Shown piece by piece: positions 60,965-64,000 of a DNA stretch of 64,000 nt. Position 1 is the first letter of the stretch. Each line of letters starts with the position of its first letter. The notes under the pieces are model-generated. The model was not told the DNA's origin. It saw only the letters and a list, made by a program, of their open reading frames with translations, and did no database searches. The stretch is from assembly GCA_045647925.1 (NCBI GenBank), contig JAZRMY010000011.1, positions 5,151 through 69,150 of the forward strand, written 5' to 3'. The DNA is from Acutalibacteraceae bacterium. GTDB lineage: Bacteria; Bacillota; Clostridia; Oscillospirales; Acutalibacteraceae. Made by a program: the position numbers and the translations under genes.

Positions 60965-62341
60965 TTAAGAAATATTTCCCACAGTTCTGGGATAAAGTAT
61001 AACGTCACGGATATTCTGAACACCGGTAACATACATAATAATACGTTCAAGTCCTAAACCGAATCCACTATGCGGAACAGAACCGAAGCGGCGAAGAGCA
61101 ATGTAATGCTCATAGTCTTCCAAATTCATACCACGCTTCTGCATAGCGTCTAAAAGCTTATCAAGGTCTGCTTCACGTTCACTGCAACCTATAATTTCAC
61201 CAACACCGGGTACTAAAAGGTCGGTAGCGGCAACAGTCTTACCATCATCATTTTGCTTCATATAGAAGGACTTAATTTCTTTAGGATAATTTGTTAAAAA
61301 TACGGGGCGTTTGCAAATTTCCTCGGAAATATATCTTTCGTGCTCAGTCTGTAAGTCACAGCCCCATTCAACAGGATATTGGAAATCCCTACCCGAATTT
61401 TTAAGCACTTCAATTGCTTCCGTATAGGTCATAATTGCAAAATTATTGCTAACAACGCTCTGTAATTTTTCAATAAGACCCTTTTCAAAATGATTATCAA
61501 AGAATTTAAGTTCCTGCGGACATTTTTCCAAAACAGTATTAATGATATGCTTAATCATATCCTCTGCAATTTCAATAATGTCAGGCAATTCTGCGAAAGC
61601 AACCTCGGGTTCAACGTGCCAGAATTCTGCAACGTGGCGGGGTGTATTACTCTTTTCCGCACGGAAAGAAGGACCAAAGGTATAAATCTTACCTAGTGCC
61701 ATTGCAGCAACTTCGCCCTCTAATTGACCCGAAACGCTTAAAGCGGCACGGCGGCCGAAGAAATCGTCTGCATTGTAATCATCTTCATTTTTGTATTCGT
61801 TACTGTAACCAATAGTTGTTACCTTGAACATTTCGCCTGCACCCTCACAGTCACTAGCAGTAATTAAGGGTGTATGGATATAGGTGAAATGTCTATTCTG
61901 GAAGAATTCGTGAATACAAGCAGAAACAACCGAACGAACTCGCAATACAGCATTAAAGGTATTTGTTCTTACGCGCAAATGCGGTATTGTACGTAAATAT
62001 TCAAGAGTATGTCTTTTCTTCTGCAAAGGATATTCGGGTGGACATTCGCCTAAAACGGTTATATTTTTAGCGTTTATTTCAACCGAATCAACCGCAACAG
62101 CAGATTTAACCAAAGTACCCTCAACTTTCAAGGAAGTACCTAATTTCATAAATTCAGATATTTCAGACATAACGGCTTTATCAATTACAACCTGAAGATG
62201 CTTTAAGGTTGTACCGTCATTAAGCTCGATAAAAGCCATATTTTTAGAATCTCTTGAGGTTCTTACCCAACCGCAAACAGTAACATCTGTATCGATAAGA
62301 TTTGCATTTTCAAAAATTTCATAAATGTCAATGTGTTTCAA
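60965..62341 (-). CDS. asnS: Asparagine--tRNA ligase
   Basis: Class IIb synthetase with an OB-fold N-terminus, FRAE, and GLGLERI. I prefer the TTG at 62341, 8 nt after GGAG; the longer track ORF runs into the T-box terminator. Confidence 0.9.
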   Translation of the reverse strand: MKHIDIYEIFENANLIDTDVTVCGWVRTSRDSKNMAFIELNDGTTLKHLQVVIDKAVMSEISEFMKLGTSLKVEGTLVKSAVAVDSVEINAKNITVLGECPPEYPLQKKRHTLEYLRTIPHLRVRTNTFNAVLRVRSVVSACIHEFFQNRHFTYIHTPLITASDCEGAGEMFKVTTIGYSNEYKNEDDYNADDFFGRRAALSVSGQLEGEVAAMALGKIYTFGPSFRAEKSNTPRHVAEFWHVEPEVAFAELPDIIEIAEDMIKHIINTVLEKCPQELKFFDNHFEKGLIEKLQSVVSNNFAIMTYTEAIEVLKNSGRDFQYPVEWGCDLQTEHERYISEEICKRPVFLTNYPKEIKSFYMKQNDDGKTVAATDLLVPGVGEIIGCSEREADLDKLLDAMQKRGMNLEDYEHYIALRRFGSVPHSGFGLGLERIIMYVTGVQNIRDVILYPRTVGNIS

Positions 62342-62344
62342 AAA

Positions 62345-62620
62345 AATCACTCCAAATATAAAAATAGCGTCCATTAGTCCCATTTTATTAGGACGAATAG
62401 ACGCATTATCCGCGGTGCCACCTAATTTACCTTAAAAAAGGTCACTTTTCAACCTGACAGTTGTTTTGATTTAACGCATCAAGTACGACTCACCTACTAA
62501 GTTACCCGTTCAGATTGCTGCTCCGAAGTGTTATTCATATTACCCGACCGCCGTATTTCCACCATCAACGACTCTCTAAACATCAAAAATAATACTACTT
62601 CTCTTCATCAAAGCATTTAA
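62345..62620 (-). promoter_or_regulatory. T-box riboswitch leader, Asn (AAC) specifier
   Basis: On the minus strand: stem I with AGAGA and GGUGGAAA elements; AAC followed by A in the specifier loop (62530-62532); the T-box sequence AAAUUAGGUGGCACCGCG (62411-62428); and a 14-bp terminator hairpin plus U-run just before the asnS RBS. Confidence 0.85.
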
Positions 62621-62627
62621 CAGTAAA

Positions 62628-62656
62628 ATTATATCATTTTAATTCAAAAATGTCAA
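62628..62656 (-). promoter_or_regulatory. Sigma-A type promoter of the T-box leader
   Basis: Perfect TTGACA-17 nt-TATAAT. Confidence 0.7.
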
Positions 62657-62660
62657 CCAC

Positions 62661-63245
62661 CTAAATAGAGGCAGCTTCTATAATCTCACGCAACTTCAAA
62701 AAATCATTATTATTATTAACAGAAAAAGGTATTATTTGCACATTTTCCGCAAAATCGCCTAATTCATCATTAATAAGCTCTAACCTGTTTGCCGTTTCGG
62801 TTTTATTAAGCTTATCAGCTTTAGTTAAAACAACGGTATACGGATAGCCCATTTGCGAAAGAAAATCAAGCATCCAAAGGTCAAATTCAGTTGCAGGATG
62901 GCGCATATCAATAAGCTGAAAAACCATTTTAATGTTCCTTTGAGACTTAAAATAGCCTTCCATAAGCTCGCTCCAACGCTCTTTTTCGGCAAAATTAACC
63001 TTTGCATAACCATAACCCGGAAGGTCTACAAGGCGAACAGAGTCTACCTTGTAGAAATTAATAGTAATAGTTTTACCCGGTTTTGAGCTAACTCTTGCAA
63101 TGGATTTTCTACCTAAAACCTTATTAATAAGCGATGATTTACCAACGTTAGACCTACCGCAAAAACAAATTTCGGGTAAATCCGATTGCTCTAACTGTTC
63201 AAATTTTGCAAAAGCCTTTTCAAATTGTGCATTATTATAATTCAT
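62661..63245 (-). CDS. ysxC: Ribosome biogenesis GTP-binding protein YsxC/EngB
   Basis: 194 aa, with GRSNVGKSSLIN (G1), DLPGYG (G3) and TKADK (G4). Confidence 0.9.
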   Translation of the reverse strand: MNYNNAQFEKAFAKFEQLEQSDLPEICFCGRSNVGKSSLINKVLGRKSIARVSSKPGKTITINFYKVDSVRLVDLPGYGYAKVNFAEKERWSELMEGYFKSQRNIKMVFQLIDMRHPATEFDLWMLDFLSQMGYPYTVVLTKADKLNKTETANRLELINDELGDFAENVQIIPFSVNNNNDFLKLREIIEAASI

Positions 63246-63261
63246 AAATAATTTCCTTTAC

Positions 63262-64000
63262 TTAACTTACAGCACTGTTAGAAGCGGTAGTTAAAGTCTC
63301 ATTAAATAAATTAATATCCTTATTCTCGCTTACAGTATTGTTAACTAATGCAAATTCAATAATTTCACTTACATTAGAAACGGGAATAAATTTAACATTT
63401 TCCTTTACAACTAAATCAACTTCGTCTAAATCTGCAATATTATCTTTAGGAATAAATACAGTTTTAACACCGCCACGGTATGCCGCCATAGACTTTTCCT
63501 TAAGACCGCCTATAGCTAATACCCTACCTCTTAGTGTTACTTCACCCGTCATAGCAATGTCGCGCTTTACAGGCACGTTTTTAAGTGCAGATATAATTCC
63601 CGTTACCATAGTAACACCGGCAGACGGACCATCCTTTGGAACTGCTGCTTCGGTAGCGTGAATATGTATATCCTTATCCTTATAAAACAAGGAGTCTATT
63701 CCGTACTTTTCTGCATTTGCCCTTACAAAGCTTATGGCAGTTTTGGCAGATTCTTTCATAACTTCACCCAAAGAGCCTGTAAGTTCAATCTTGCCTGTAC
63801 CATCCATAACAGAAACTTCAAGCTGCATTATCTCGCCGCCAACACTAGTCCAAGCAAGTCCGTTAATAATGCCAACCTCATCCTTTGGCAAAATAACCTC
63901 GGGCTTATATTTATGTTTGCCAAGCATTTTTACAACGTCACTATCACGTAGTGTTACCTTTTGGGCGCTACCTTCGGCAATAAGCTTAGCAGATTTTCTG
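63262..64000 (-). CDS. lon: Lon protease, C-terminal proteolytic domain (5' part outside the window)
   Basis: The frame is open to the window edge. PKDGPSAGVTMVT contains the catalytic Ser, and the catalytic Lys region is present. Followed by ysxC, as in Bacillus. Confidence 0.9.
   Translation of the reverse strand, partial: RKSAKLIAEGSAQKVTLRDSDVVKMLGKHKYKPEVILPKDEVGIINGLAWTSVGGEIMQLEVSVMDGTGKIELTGSLGEVMKESAKTAISFVRANAEKYGIDSLFYKDKDIHIHATEAAVPKDGPSAGVTMVTGIISALKNVPVKRDIAMTGEVTLRGRVLAIGGLKEKSMAAYRGGVKTVFIPKDNIADLDEVDLVVKENVKFIPVSNVSEIIEFALVNNTVSENKDINLFNETLTTASNSAVS

Overview
This 64 kb window comes from an AT-rich, spore-forming Firmicute of the Clostridia type (it has spoIVB and ylmC/ymxH, and the operon layout is typical). 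Almost all of it is core metabolism and housekeeping. In order: the end of addB plus addA; rsmA; an 11-gene minus-strand purine/one-carbon operon (purE-purC-purF-purM-purN-purO-purH-glyA-purD-purL-fhs); groES-groEL; folT; ogg; a group of membrane and DUF proteins; ylmC-spoIVB; a small AT-rich two-gene islet; a GH28/SGNH fusion protein and a metallophosphoesterase; a LOG-family gene with a P-type ATPase; a complete his operon (hisZGDCBHAF-IE) headed by a YerC/YecD-like gene; the block nusB-xseA-xseB-ispA-dxs-tlyA-nadK-argR-recN-tyrS; rubrerythrin; tRNA-Leu(CAA); rpsT; a CapD-like dehydratase; asnA; asnS; ysxC; and the 3' part of lon. By eye I recognise four cis-regulatory RNA leaders: a ZTP (pfl) riboswitch before the pur operon, a THF riboswitch before folT, a likely yybP-ykoY (Mn2+) riboswitch before LOG/ATPase, and an Asn T-box before asnS-asnA. 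The most unusual locus is the 3' end of spoIVB. A roughly 2.9 kb AT-rich segment (28.7-31.6 kb) is bounded by an identical 13-nt direct repeat. It carries a palindrome-rich structured element and two translationally coupled zinc-ribbon membrane proteins of mirrored architecture. It is followed by two further, diverged, out-of-frame copies of the spoIVB C-terminal coding sequence, which look like stacked scars of repeated insertion at one site. I saw no CRISPR array, transposase, integrase or rRNA. All RNA-motif calls were made by eye against remembered consensus sequences and need covariance-model confirmation.
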